DNA from: Planctomycetota bacterium
GTDB taxonomy: Bacteria > Planctomycetota > GCA-002687715 > CAIWVZ01
Reading direction: 5' to 3'
Assembly: GCA_044222185.1 (NCBI GenBank)
Contig: JBGANV010000001.1
Location: 640,001-704,000, forward strand
DNA: 64,000 nucleotides
Shown piece by piece: positions 9,944 through 20,067 of this stretch. The stretch's first letter is position 1, and every line of letters begins with the position of its first letter. The notes beneath the pieces are model-generated. The model made no database searches. It was not told the DNA's origin and saw only the letters and a program-made list of their open reading frames with translations. The position numbers and the translations under genes are program-made.

Positions 9944-11454
9944 TCTGGATTCTCCGATGTGACTGCCGTTGCTTCGGTCAGGATCGACGTCTCGTTGCAA
10001 TCGCTCACTGGTCGGGCGGGGCCGAGTCGTCCTCGCGACATGACGGCGATCCGGTCACAGACCCCGAGGAGCTCGGGGATGTACGAACTCACGAACACGA
10101 TCGACTTGCCAGCCGCGGCGAGTTCGCCGACGAGGCGGTAGATCTCGGCCTTCGCTCCCACGTCGATGCCACGCGTGGGCTCGTCGAGGAGGAACACGTC
10201 GACGTCGTGGTGCAGTAGCCGTGCGATGGCGACTTTCTGCTGGTTGCCCCCAGAGAGTTCTCGAACGGCCTGCCGCGGGCTTCTTGCGCGCACCTGGAGA
10301 CGACTCATCAAGGTGCTGGCCTTCGCGCGACGCTCGCGTGTCTTGATCCAGCCGAACCGCGAGAGCGTCCCGAGCTTCGACAGCGTGACGTTGACCTCGA
10401 TGGGGAGGCCGAGCGCCAGTCCCTCGCCCTTGCGATCCTCCGAGAGCATCCCCACTCCCTGTGCGAGGCGCGCTCGCGGCGTTGCGCCGTCGTCGGTGGC
10501 TGAACCGAGCGTCACCGATCCGCCCTTCATGGCGTCGAGTCCGAAGAGGGCGCGGAGGAACTCGGTGCGTCCCGCGCCGACGAGGCCCGTGATTCCCAGG
10601 ATCTCGCCGCGACGCAGCTCGAGGTCGGCCGCGTGGGGGAGCCGAGGGCCTTGCAGCCGACTCGTCCGCAGCAGCACGGCGCCTGGTACGCGCGGAATCT
10701 GCGGGTAGAGCTGATCGAGCTTCCTCCCGGCCATCATCTCGACGATGGATGGGATCGTCGTCGTCGCCACCTCGCCCGTGCCGACCGTGCGCCCGTCGCG
10801 GAGCACGGTGAAACGGTCTGCGATCCGCTTCACCTCGTCGAGGAAATGGCTGATGTAGATCACGCTGACGCCCTGCGACCGCAGCTTGGCGATGACCTCG
10901 AAGAGCTGGTCGGTGTCGCGCCGCGTGAGCGAACTCGTGGGTTCGTCCATCACGATGATGCGCGCGCCGGTGGTGAGGGCGCGCCCGACCTCCACGAGCT
11001 GCTGTGCGGCTGGACTCATGCCTCCGACGCGGCGGTTCAGGGCGATCTCGGGATGGTCGAGCAACGCGAGCGCGCGACGGACGTCGCCACGCATCGCAGC
11101 GCGTTGGACGATCCCGAACCGTGATCGTTCGCGCCCGAGCATGATGTTCTGTTCGACGGTCAGGTGCGGGGCGACGGTCAGCTCCTGGTAGATCATCGCG
11201 ATGCCGCGTTCGCGCGCCTCGATCGGGTCTCGTGGCGCGAACGGCTTCGCGTCCACCTCGATCCGGCCGCCATCCGGAAGATGGGCGCCCGAGAGGATCT
11301 TCATGAGCGTGCTCTTGCCCGCACCGTTCTCGCCGATGAGCGCGTGGACCTCCGCGGGAGCCACGTCGAGGTCGACGCCACCGAGGGCGATCGTCGACCC
11401 GAACCGCTTCGTCACGCCGCGGATCGACAGGCGCGATCCGGGATTCGACGTCAT
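9940..11454 (-). CDS. Monosaccharide ABC transporter ATP-binding protein (RbsA family, two NBDs)
   Basis: GENGAGKST, MDEPT, SEDRK, LSGGNQQK, LDEPTRGIDVGAK. Confidence 0.95.
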   Translation of the reverse strand: MTSNPGSRLSIRGVTKRFGSTIALGGVDLDVAPAEVHALIGENGAGKSTLMKILSGAHLPDGGRIEVDAKPFAPRDPIEARERGIAMIYQELTVAPHLTVEQNIMLGRERSRFGIVQRAAMRGDVRRALALLDHPEIALNRRVGGMSPAAQQLVEVGRALTTGARIIVMDEPTSSLTRRDTDQLFEVIAKLRSQGVSVIYISHFLDEVKRIADRFTVLRDGRTVGTGEVATTTIPSIVEMMAGRKLDQLYPQIPRVPGAVLLRTSRLQGPRLPHAADLELRRGEILGITGLVGAGRTEFLRALFGLDAMKGGSVTLGSATDDGATPRARLAQGVGMLSEDRKGEGLALGLPIEVNVTLSKLGTLSRFGWIKTRERRAKASTLMSRLQVRARSPRQAVRELSGGNQQKVAIARLLHHDVDVFLLDEPTRGIDVGAKAEIYRLVGELAAAGKSIVFVSSYIPELLGVCDRIAVMSRGRLGPARPVSDCNETSILTEATAVTSENPE

Positions 11455-11461
11455 CGGCGTA

Positions 11462-12442
11462 CTACTTGACCTCGGCCGGCAGTGTCGGAGTGAGAAGCTC
11501 GCGGATCTCCGGCGAGTCCATGTTCTCCTTCGTGGCGACGGTCACGCCGGTGTCGACGCGCTTCTCCACGGGCTTGCCGCGGATGTGGTCGACGAGCGTT
11601 CGCACGCCGACGTCGCCCATCTTCATGGGATTCTGCAGGACGAGTCCGTGGATCTCTCCGGCCTTCAGCGCTTCGGCGAGCTTCTCGCTGCCGTCGAACC
11701 CGACGAACTTCACCGTTCCGGCGCGCTTGGCATTCTGCAGCGCTCTCAGCATGCCGAAGGTCGTCGATTCGTTCGGGCAGAAGATCCCGTCGACGCCTTC
11801 CTTGAAACGGATGAGCAGGTTCTGCGCCACCCCGTAGGCGCTGTCGGTCGTCGCCCCGCCGTACTGGTTGCTCGAGACGAGCTCGATGCCTGGGTACTTC
11901 TGCTTGACCGTGTCGAGGAAGCCCGCCTCGCGCTGATCCGTGCTTGCCGAGTTTTCCTGGTAGCGCAGGACGATCACCTTGCCCTTGCCGCCCATCAGCG
12001 TTCCGAGCCGCTCGGCTCCGAGAGCACCGCCCTTGTAGTTGTCGGTGGCGACGAAGCTCACGTAGCTCTGCTCCTTCAGCCCCGAGTCGATGATGACGAC
12101 GGGCACGCCGCGCGACGACGCGTTCTGCACCTGGTGACCGAGCGCCGTGTCGTCCAGCGGGGCGAGCACGATGCCGCTCACCTTCCGGTTGACGAAGTCG
12201 TCGACGACCTTCTGCTGCGCCGATCGGTCGTCTTCCTTCTGCGGGCCCTTCCAGAGGATCTCGACCCCGAGCTCGTTCCCGGCCTTCAGCGCGCCCGCGT
12301 GGATCGACTTCCAGAACTCGTGCGTCGTGCCCTTCGGGATCACGGCGATGGTGAGCTTGGTCGAGTCGGCCGTCGTCTTCTGTCCGCACCCGAACAGCAG
12401 GATCGCGGCGGCGGCCGCGACGAACACGGAGGTCGTTCTCAT
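11462..12442 (-). CDS. Sugar ABC transporter substrate-binding lipoprotein (RbsB-like)
   Basis: Lipobox LFGC; VIPKGTTHEFW, ATDNYKGG, VGFD, QNPMKMG. Confidence 0.93.
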   Translation of the reverse strand: MRTTSVFVAAAAAILLFGCGQKTTADSTKLTIAVIPKGTTHEFWKSIHAGALKAGNELGVEILWKGPQKEDDRSAQQKVVDDFVNRKVSGIVLAPLDDTALGHQVQNASSRGVPVVIIDSGLKEQSYVSFVATDNYKGGALGAERLGTLMGGKGKVIVLRYQENSASTDQREAGFLDTVKQKYPGIELVSSNQYGGATTDSAYGVAQNLLIRFKEGVDGIFCPNESTTFGMLRALQNAKRAGTVKFVGFDGSEKLAEALKAGEIHGLVLQNPMKMGDVGVRTLVDHIRGKPVEKRVDTGVTVATKENMDSPEIRELLTPTLPAEVK

Positions 12443-12571
12443 CGGATCTGGCTTCCTTGCGCGGTCGTCGAGCGGGCCCCGCAGCCTTTCGTTGGCGGCA
12501 CCAGGCCTCACTCGCTTCGAACGAGGCCGGAAGTCTACTGCGGACGTCACTCGGCCGGCAGGTCCAATCGT

Positions 12572-15136
12572 CTATGGCCACGCGATGCGGACGGCGGTGG
12601 CGGAGTCCATGACGACCTGGCCGAACCCGTTGATCGCGAGTGCCGAGACCCAGAACTCCGCGGATGGCACCGGCGGCAGGAAGACCTGCATCTGGCCCTG
12701 CCCGGTCAGGCTCAATGTGCCCTGGATGCCCGTCCAGTACGGCTGCATCGGGTCCAGGCTGAGGAAGAAGAGGCCGTCGGGATTCAGCGGAACGGTCCGC
12801 CCGTCACCCAGCGGGAGGCCCGGGTTGACGCCAAGACTCAACGCCGCGATGTAGTTCGCCGAGGGCACGGTGGGGAAGTCGAGCGCGATCGTGAGGGCTT
12901 GGCCCGGAGTCGGAGTGCCGGCGAGGCGGATGGGCAGCGGGCACATGAGCTTCAAGATCCGCTCCATCAGCACGCGGCGGTTGTCGGGGTTGACGATGGC
13001 GTCGATCGGGAAGCCGAGGCCGAGCACCCGCCCGTCGCCCCGCAGGACGGCCGCTCCGCCGCCCGTGGAGTAGTTCATCACCACCGTGCTCGCGGATCCG
13101 GGTGCGGGGCCGATGACGTCTGGGAAGTTGACGTCGTAGATGCCGTTGGTCCCGTTGTCGAACGTGATGGCCGGCAGGGGCGCGAGCGGCCCCGCGGCCG
13201 TCGCAGCCACGGAATAGGTGTTGGCGTCGTCAGCCACGTAGTTCTGACCGAGCGTCTGCTCGTAGAACGTCCGGTCTGCGACGCTGCCGAGCCAGTCCAG
13301 GTCCCAGCCGACCTCGGCGCCGCTGAAGAACAGCCGGCCGCCGAGCACGAGGTACACCGAGACGAGGTTCTGTTCATTGATGGAGAAGGTCTCGTCGGCG
13401 GACGATTCCTCTCCCAGGATCCAACCGACGCACCGGTACGAGCTCAGCGTGAGCAAGCCGGCCGCGAGCGCCTCGTTCGTGCTTCCGTCGAAGGCGTAGT
13501 GCGCGAGCACGACGCCTTGGACTGCCGCTCCCGTTCGCACGATCGCATCGTGCTTGTTGGCCGAGAGCGGGACGAACCTGTCGTTGCGGTCGAATCCGTT
13601 GACGAGCAGGAGCGCCGCCTTGTCCCCAGGCGCGAGGCGCGCGCCCACGGGTTCGCTGTCAGGCCCGGTCCCGCCGGCATTGATCACGGCGATCTTGGCG
13701 TAACGGACGGCATCGAACGGCAATCCGGCGATCGTGTAGACCGCCGTGTTTCCGCCCGCGATCGTGATGCCGTCGTCGTAGGCAAACCCATCGGTCGACG
13801 TGCGGATTCGATAGCCCGTGGCGCCTGCCACGGGGAGCCAGCGAAGCTGCAGGTTCCCGCCGCCGGCATTGCGCATGCACAACGCCGTGGGCGGATCGAG
13901 CACGAACGGCGTGCCTGGTGCCAGGTACTCCTGGATGCCGCGGTAGATCGCGCGCGCCGCGATCTGGCGGAACCTGGGGTTGTGCAGAGATTCCAGATCG
14001 GTGCTGCCGACCGTGTCGTGGAACGCAAGTTCGAGCAGGAGCGCGGGGATCGACAGATACGCTCCGTTCACTTCGCCGAAGTTTGCCGTGTTCTGGCCCC
14101 GGTCCACCCAGTTCGGGTCCCAGTTCGCGCGGATGTCGTTGATCACCCGCTGATGGAGGATGTTCTGGTACGTCGAGCTTCCGGGCGGTGCGGCGGTGTT
14201 GTGGATGAAGGTGTCCGTCCCGCTCCCGCCTCCAGCGTTCGTGTGCAGCGAGAAGAAGAGGTCCGCGCCCCACCACGTGGCGATGCGGGGGCGACAGCTC
14301 ACGTCGTCCGTGTTGTCCTCACCCGAGCAGCAGTTCCACACGGTCGATGGCGCGCCGTTGAACTCGGCCCAATAGCGCGAGCACTCGGCCCATCGCGGCT
14401 GGCCCGAGACCGTGCCGCCGCGGACGATGCTGCCCACGCCTTCACCGATCCTCACTGCGTCGGTCACCACGACCGAACCGAGCGGCGTGCTCGCGTTCGA
14501 GATCGCGACCTGAATGGTGCCGCCGGCGACGGACGGAAAGGTGCCCAGGTAGCGCCACCGAGCACCGTCCTTCGTCTGGTCGACGAATCGCACGGACGTG
14601 CCACCCGCGTGAGTCACGATCACTCGCGCCTGGGTGGCGCGATTCGTTCCGGAGACGTAGTTGAGGTAGACGGGGAACTCGGCAGTGGTCGACGTCGTGA
14701 AGGTGTAGGTCGCGCGGGCCGTCTCCACCGGTGCGGCGAAGGCGTATCGGTACGTGAGGCCCTGGTACCCGGTCGCGGCTCCGAACGTCCAGCTGCCCGA
14801 CTCTGCATACGAAGCGCCAGCCGTGTCGTTGTCGAGGACGTGCTCCTCCGTCGTGTAGCTCCGTCCGCGACAGGTGATCACCTGCGCTCCTGCCCCTTCC
14901 AGGTAGTTGAGCAGGTGGTCGATCACGATCTGGTTCGTGTGCAGGTCTTCGACGGTCCCGTCGATGACACCTCGCTGTGTCGTCCATCCGAGCGTCGAGT
15001 GCCAGAAGTAGCCGTGACCCGCCGAGATGACGACGCGTCGGCCGGAAAGCGCCCCGGGCGTCGTCTGCGCCGGTAGACTCGCGACGGTGACGGCGGCACA
15101 CAACAACCACGCGATCCTTGAAGGCATCTTCGGCAT
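12572..15136 (-). CDS. Exported N-acetylmuramoyl-L-alanine amidase (Amidase_3) with inserted golvesin/Xly-like beta domain, FN3 domain and C-terminal tail domain
   Basis: Signal peptide (LPA|Q); ISAGHG...VEDL...SLHTNA...LLELAFHD; insert with VDQ...WRYLGTF...VVTDAVR; FN3-like PPTAL...WLPVAGATGYRI. Confidence 0.8.
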   Translation of the reverse strand: MPKMPSRIAWLLCAAVTVASLPAQTTPGALSGRRVVISAGHGYFWHSTLGWTTQRGVIDGTVEDLHTNQIVIDHLLNYLEGAGAQVITCRGRSYTTEEHVLDNDTAGASYAESGSWTFGAATGYQGLTYRYAFAAPVETARATYTFTTSTTAEFPVYLNYVSGTNRATQARVIVTHAGGTSVRFVDQTKDGARWRYLGTFPSVAGGTIQVAISNASTPLGSVVVTDAVRIGEGVGSIVRGGTVSGQPRWAECSRYWAEFNGAPSTVWNCCSGEDNTDDVSCRPRIATWWGADLFFSLHTNAGGGSGTDTFIHNTAAPPGSSTYQNILHQRVINDIRANWDPNWVDRGQNTANFGEVNGAYLSIPALLLELAFHDTVGSTDLESLHNPRFRQIAARAIYRGIQEYLAPGTPFVLDPPTALCMRNAGGGNLQLRWLPVAGATGYRIRTSTDGFAYDDGITIAGGNTAVYTIAGLPFDAVRYAKIAVINAGGTGPDSEPVGARLAPGDKAALLLVNGFDRNDRFVPLSANKHDAIVRTGAAVQGVVLAHYAFDGSTNEALAAGLLTLSSYRCVGWILGEESSADETFSINEQNLVSVYLVLGGRLFFSGAEVGWDLDWLGSVADRTFYEQTLGQNYVADDANTYSVAATAAGPLAPLPAITFDNGTNGIYDVNFPDVIGPAPGSASTVVMNYSTGGGAAVLRGDGRVLGLGFPIDAIVNPDNRRVLMERILKLMCPLPIRLAGTPTPGQALTIALDFPTVPSANYIAALSLGVNPGLPLGDGRTVPLNPDGLFFLSLDPMQPYWTGIQGTLSLTGQGQMQVFLPPVPSAEFWVSALAINGFGQVVMDSATAVRIAWP

Positions 15137-15352
15137 CCTCGTGCTCACACGGCCTCCCGGCGCGCGGTCGGCGTGGCCGGGCGGGGAGGGCGGCATTCTC
15201 ACTCGGACCCGATGTGCCGTGCAAGGGAGGTTTCACCGCTGCGCGACGCCGTCAACCTGCCCGACCGCGAACGATTTCAGAGGACGATCGGCGTGACGCT
15301 CCGGCTGGGGCTCGAGCGCCATCATCGGCGCCTCACACGCGCATTCGACGAC

Positions 15353-16213
15353 ATGCTGACGGGCGACGTCGCAGGACGCTTCTGCCTGACCCCCGCGCAG
15401 GTCGCGGCCTTTCACGCGGATGGGTTCCTGACGGGGATCCGAATGATCGATGCGGACGTCGTCGCGGACCTGCGCGCGCGCCTCGATGCCATCTGTCAGC
15501 GACTCGACGAGGAAGCGGACCTCCTGCACGAGATCGAGGCGGATTGGCTGGCAAGGCCGAGTGAAGTCGTGCTCCATTTCCTCGGCGCGTGGCGGATCGA
15601 CCCGGTCTTCCATGACCTGGCGTTCGCTCCGTCGTTGACGGTCCCGGCTGCGCAGCTCTTGGGCGTGCGGAAGCTTCGCTTCTGGCACGATCAGGTCTTC
15701 TACAAGCCACCGCGCCACCCGGGCGTGGTTCCCTGGCACCAGGACTACTCCTATTGGACCCGCACGGGCCCCATGTGCCACCTCACCGTGAACGTCATGC
15801 TCGATGATGCGGACGACTCCAACGGCTGTCTCCGTTACGTTCGAGGCAGCCATCGCTTCGGGCTCTTGCCGAAGGTCCCGTTCGGGGCAGCCATGGATAC
15901 CGTGCTCGACGCTCTCTCGCCTGACGTTCGCGCGGAGCTCGAAGTGATCGCCGCGCCGCTGCGCGCGGGCGAAGCGACGATCCACCACGCACTCACGCTT
16001 CACGGATCGGGGGGAAACCGGACGGACCGGCCCCGACGCGCCGTGGTCGTGAACTACATGGCGGACGGCACGCGCTCGTTCCTGAGCGACGAGCCGCTGT
16101 TGAAGGGCGTGCCCGTCATTCCCAATGGCGAACCGCTGGCCGGAGCGTTCTTCCCGGTGGTCCTCGACCTCGATCGCCCCGGGCTGATCCCGGCACCCGA
16201 CTCGCACCCGTAA
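15353..16213 (+). CDS. Phytanoyl-CoA dioxygenase (PhyH) family Fe(II)/2OG oxygenase
   Basis: F..DGFL, HDQVFYKPP, WHQD, NGCL..VRGSH, LTLHGSGGN..DRPRRA; start uncertain. Confidence 0.9.
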   Translation: MLTGDVAGRFCLTPAQVAAFHADGFLTGIRMIDADVVADLRARLDAICQRLDEEADLLHEIEADWLARPSEVVLHFLGAWRIDPVFHDLAFAPSLTVPAAQLLGVRKLRFWHDQVFYKPPRHPGVVPWHQDYSYWTRTGPMCHLTVNVMLDDADDSNGCLRYVRGSHRFGLLPKVPFGAAMDTVLDALSPDVRAELEVIAAPLRAGEATIHHALTLHGSGGNRTDRPRRAVVVNYMADGTRSFLSDEPLLKGVPVIPNGEPLAGAFFPVVLDLDRPGLIPAPDSHP

Positions 16214-16291
16214 TCCGGGGGGCTCTGACTCTATCTGCGAGAACGTCACCCCGCCCCGGGATTCGACCATGGGAACCGAGAGGGTCTCCCC

Positions 16292-16420
16292 GTGGAGCAG
16301 TGGATCATCAAGCAGTCGCCCACCATCGCCTTCTGCGTGGGAGTGATTGCCACCGTCATCGTCGCGGTGCTGTCGTTCGTCGTCGAGTCGTCGGCGCGAG
16401 GGCTACCGAAGCCGGGCTGA
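16292..16420 (+). CDS. Small 42-aa single-pass membrane protein (below ORF-track cutoff)
   Basis: GAGAGGG RBS, GTG start, (M)EQWIIKQSPTIAFCVGVIATVIVAVLSFVVESSARGLPKPG*; fills the gap between PhyH and the flippase. Confidence 0.55.
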   Translation: MEQWIIKQSPTIAFCVGVIATVIVAVLSFVVESSARGLPKPG

Positions 16421-16438
16421 CGTCCCTACCATCCCCGC

Positions 16439-17905
16439 ATGCCGGGGGAGCCCCAGGGGATCGATCGCGCCGTCACGACCAGCCAGGTCGTGGTTGCTCT
16501 GCGCGAGGTGACCCGGTTCGGGCTCATGATCGTCGTCACGGCCGCCCTCGGCCGCGGGCTCGACGCTGGCGATTTCGGCTTCGTGAACTACGTCGGCGCG
16601 CTCTATGCCTTGGCGCAAGTGGCACTCGACGTGGGCATGGGCGGACTCATCGCACGCGAGATCGGGCGCAGCCCGGCACGCGAGCCCGCGCTGCTCGAGG
16701 GCGCGCTGGCATTTCGAGGTCTCGTTGGCCTCGCTCTCGGAGCGCTCGTCCTCGCCATCGAGCTCCCCTCCGTCGTCGCGCCGGCGCAGCGGCTCTGGCT
16801 CTGCGTGGCGGCCGCATCGTTCCCGCTGCTCGCGCCTGCCGTGCTCGGGGTCGCGTTCCAGGTACGCCAACGACAGCGCGGGCCCGCCGTCATCGGAGTC
16901 TTCACCCAGGCGCTCATGCTCGTCGGCGCTCTGTGGGGATTGAAACACGGGTGGGATGGCGCGACGTTCGCCGCGCTCTACGTCGGCCGCGAGGTCCTCG
17001 GACCGGCTCTCCTCTTCGTGTGGACGCGACTCCGTCTGGGGCTCGTGCTGATTCCCGGGCTGCGCGGGCGTGGGATCGGGGGTCTCGTCTCGCCGATGTT
17101 GCGCGTCGCTCCCATGACGCTGCTGCAGTTCGCGTCGTTCCAGTTTGGAATGTTCGCCGTGCGCGCGGCGCTTCCGGACGAGGACTTGGGCTCTTATTCG
17201 GCCGCTGCGCGGGTCGTGAATCCGCTCTCCATGCTCGCAGGGGCGATTGCGGCGCCGCTCCTGCCCGTCTTCGCCAGGCTCGCCCGTGACCGCGACGCCA
17301 TGCCGCGGCTCGTGAGCGCGGCGTGCGCTCTTGGACTGTCGGTCGGGCTCGTCTCGCTGGCGGTTGCAGGCGTCCTCGGACGGGATCTGCTCGAGTTGGT
17401 CTACGATTCCCGCGGGCGGGGGCACTTCGCGTCGGGCCCTCTCGATGCGACGCCGTGTGTCCACGTCCTCGCCGTTTCGTTCATGGCGATCTGCCTCGGC
17501 AGCCTGTCGACGACGGCGCTGCTCGGCGCGGGCGGCGAGCGCGCGCTTCTGCGGATCTTCGGCGTGGCGTTCGCACTGAACGTCCTCGTCTTCGCCATCC
17601 TCCTGCCGCACGTGGGGCGCGTGGCAGCGGCCTGGGGGAGTGCGGCGGCGGAGTGCTGGACGGCCGCGGCGTCCTTCGTCGTGCTCCGCCGGCGCGCGAA
17701 TGCGACTCTCTCCTGGCGCGCGGTATCGGGCGCTCTTTGGCCCGCGGGCGCGGTTCTCCTCGTCGCCCTCGCACTGCCCACGACCGCGGGTGCCTGGGCC
17801 CGCGTGGGGCTTGCCGCCGCGCCGATCGGCGCGGCCTTCGCATGGATCTTCGTTCGCGGGCCCGGTCGATCGCTCCGCGCCGTGCTGAACGAGGTGCCCG
17901 CGTGA
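16439..17905 (+). CDS. Oligosaccharide flippase (Wzx/MOP family)
   Basis: Many TM helices; RGLDAGDFG, DVGMG, LGSYSAA, ALNV motifs; coupled to glycosyltransferases. Confidence 0.85.
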   Translation: MPGEPQGIDRAVTTSQVVVALREVTRFGLMIVVTAALGRGLDAGDFGFVNYVGALYALAQVALDVGMGGLIAREIGRSPAREPALLEGALAFRGLVGLALGALVLAIELPSVVAPAQRLWLCVAAASFPLLAPAVLGVAFQVRQRQRGPAVIGVFTQALMLVGALWGLKHGWDGATFAALYVGREVLGPALLFVWTRLRLGLVLIPGLRGRGIGGLVSPMLRVAPMTLLQFASFQFGMFAVRAALPDEDLGSYSAAARVVNPLSMLAGAIAAPLLPVFARLARDRDAMPRLVSAACALGLSVGLVSLAVAGVLGRDLLELVYDSRGRGHFASGPLDATPCVHVLAVSFMAICLGSLSTTALLGAGGERALLRIFGVAFALNVLVFAILLPHVGRVAAAWGSAAAECWTAAASFVVLRRRANATLSWRAVSGALWPAGAVLLVALALPTTAGAWARVGLAAAPIGAAFAWIFVRGPGRSLRAVLNEVPA

Positions 17906-19041
17906 TCGTCGCTCTCGATTACCGGCCGGCGCTGTTCCAGGCGTTCGGGATCGGTCGGTACGTGCGCAACCTCGTCCCGGCTCTCCTGGAACTCGACCCG
18001 GGTCTCCGCCTCACGCTCGCGGGGGTCTTCCTCCGCGGACAGAAGGCTCGGACCGCCGCGCACGCGTGGCCCGATCCGCGCCGCGCCCGCTACGTGGGTG
18101 CCCGCCTGCCGGCGCGGGCGCTCCCGTGGCTCGGCGCGATCGGCTGGAGCGCCAACTCGCTCCTGGGTCCGCTCGACGTCTTTCACGACACGGACTACGC
18201 GACGATCCCGCTGCGCCGCGGCGCGCGGGTCGTGACGCTCTACGACACGGCGTACTTCGAGAAGCACGGGTTCGTGTCGCCGGCCCAGGCGAAGAAGATG
18301 TTGGCGATCGTCCGGCGCCAGCTTCGCGCCGACCCCGAGATCGTCACGATCAGTGACGCGGCGAAGGCCGATCTCGTCGCGGCGTTCGATCTCGATCCGC
18401 GACGTGTTCACGTGACTCGCCTGGGCGCCGATCCATCGTTCTTGCGGGCGCGCACCGAGGCCGAGCTGGACGCCGTGCGGCGCCGCTTCAGCCTCGCCCG
18501 ACCGTACGCGATCTGCGCAGGTACACTCGAACCGCGCAAGAACATCGTCCGCCTCGTGAAAGCGCTGGGCGCGGCACGCGCGCGCGGCGTGGATCTCGAC
18601 TTGATCCTCATCGGCCGTCGCGGTCATGCATCCGAGGAGATCTTCACCACGATCGACGGCCAGGGTCTGACGCAGCACGTGCGCTGGCTGGGCGTCGTCA
18701 GCGATGACGACGCGGCGTGCCTCGTTCGCGGCGCATCCCTCCTGGCGTTTCCAACCCTGCATGAGGGATTCGGGCTTCCGGCGATCGAGGGGCTCGCCGC
18801 CGGCGTGCCCGTGGTCGCCAGCGACATTCCCGTGCTGCGAGAGGTTTGCGGGGATCTGGCGACGCTCGTCGATCCGCTGGACGAACGAGCGTTGTCCGAG
18901 GCGGTCGCGCTTGCCCACACGGACCGGGCGATTCGCGAGCGCGCCGCGGCCGGCCCGAAATGGGCCGCATCATTCACCTGGCGGGCCTGCGCAGAGGGTA
19001 CGCGCGCGGCCTACCAGGCGGCCGTGGAGCGTCACGCGTGA
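17902..19041 (+). CDS. GT4 family glycosyltransferase
   Basis: GIGRY, GTLEPRKN, PTLHEGFGLPAIEGLAAGVPVVASD; GTGA overlap. Confidence 0.92.
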   Translation: MIVALDYRPALFQAFGIGRYVRNLVPALLELDPGLRLTLAGVFLRGQKARTAAHAWPDPRRARYVGARLPARALPWLGAIGWSANSLLGPLDVFHDTDYATIPLRRGARVVTLYDTAYFEKHGFVSPAQAKKMLAIVRRQLRADPEIVTISDAAKADLVAAFDLDPRRVHVTRLGADPSFLRARTEAELDAVRRRFSLARPYAICAGTLEPRKNIVRLVKALGAARARGVDLDLILIGRRGHASEEIFTTIDGQGLTQHVRWLGVVSDDDAACLVRGASLLAFPTLHEGFGLPAIEGLAAGVPVVASDIPVLREVCGDLATLVDPLDERALSEAVALAHTDRAIRERAAAGPKWAASFTWRACAEGTRAAYQAAVERHA

Positions 19042-20060
19042 TCCACGTGGCCTTCGATGCGACCGCGCTCGATGAAGGGCCGTCCGGGGCCAAATCCCGG
19101 CTCGTGCGGATGGTCCCCCCGCTCGTCGCGCGTGGGCTCCGGGTCTCGGTGATCCACCGCAGCCGCCTCGACGCGGGGGCGCGCGCGGCGCTCGCGCAGG
19201 CTCAGCTCGTCACCGCGGACGACGTGCCGCCGACGCCCGTGAGGCGATGGCTTTCGCGCGGCTGGTTCGACGTCGCGATCGCGGACCGAGTGCGAGCCGA
19301 TTGGTACGTCGTCGAAGCCTGGCCCCAGCCGGCGAGGCCGGACGTCATTCCGCTCATCCACGACTTGCGGCACCTGCGCGGCTCAGTCGCCCACGCAGCG
19401 GTGTTCCGCCGGTGGCTCGCGTCATCGCTTCGGTGTGCCACGCTCGTTCATGTCGTATCCGAGACGGTGAAGCGCGAGCTCGCCGCCATCCACCCGGATT
19501 CCGCGGCGCGTGTCGCCGTCGTCCCAAACTCGGTCGTGGTTCCGCCCGACGTGCCGGCGCCCGCCGTCCGCCACCCGCCATACGTCCTCGTCGTCGGGCA
19601 CGCCGAGGACCGAAAGAACTGGCCGCTCGTGACACGGCTCGCATCGCGGCTGTCGACCGATGGTATTTCCGTGATCCGCGCCGGTCGGGTGGCCCGCCGC
19701 GCCATCCGAGGGGTCATCGATCGAGGTTTTGTGGACGACGCGGAGCGCGACGCGCTGATCCTTGGTGCCGTCGCGGTCGTGTGTCCCGCACGGTTGGAGG
19801 GCTTCGGCCTGGTTCCCCTGGAGGCGCTGGCCTTGGGTGCACGGGTTCTCGCGTCCGACATCCCGAGCCACCGCGAGGTTCTCGGCGAGGCCGCCGACTA
19901 TTTCGGTGTGGACGATGCGGAGCGTCTCGTCGCCCAGGTACGCGGACTCGCAGGATCCTCGGTCGACGATCAGGTCGCGCGCGCGCGCGCGGCAAGACTT
20001 CGCGCCGCGGAGTTCACTGCCGATCGTTCCGCCGACGCGTTCGTTCGCTCGCTGCCCTGA
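19038..20060 (+). CDS. GT4 family glycosyltransferase
   Basis: IHDL, EDRKN, EGFGLVPLEALALG..VLASDIPSHREV; GTGA overlap. Confidence 0.9.
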   Translation: MIHVAFDATALDEGPSGAKSRLVRMVPPLVARGLRVSVIHRSRLDAGARAALAQAQLVTADDVPPTPVRRWLSRGWFDVAIADRVRADWYVVEAWPQPARPDVIPLIHDLRHLRGSVAHAAVFRRWLASSLRCATLVHVVSETVKRELAAIHPDSAARVAVVPNSVVVPPDVPAPAVRHPPYVLVVGHAEDRKNWPLVTRLASRLSTDGISVIRAGRVARRAIRGVIDRGFVDDAERDALILGAVAVVCPARLEGFGLVPLEALALGARVLASDIPSHREVLGEAADYFGVDDAERLVAQVRGLAGSSVDDQVARARAARLRAAEFTADRSADAFVRSLP

Positions 20061-20067
20061 CGCGGGC

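Noticed and set aside
11201-15076. 1291-aa plus-strand ORF
   Set aside because: Antisense shadow of the ABC and amidase genes; Arg/Gly/His-rich, no motifs; typical of high-GC DNA.
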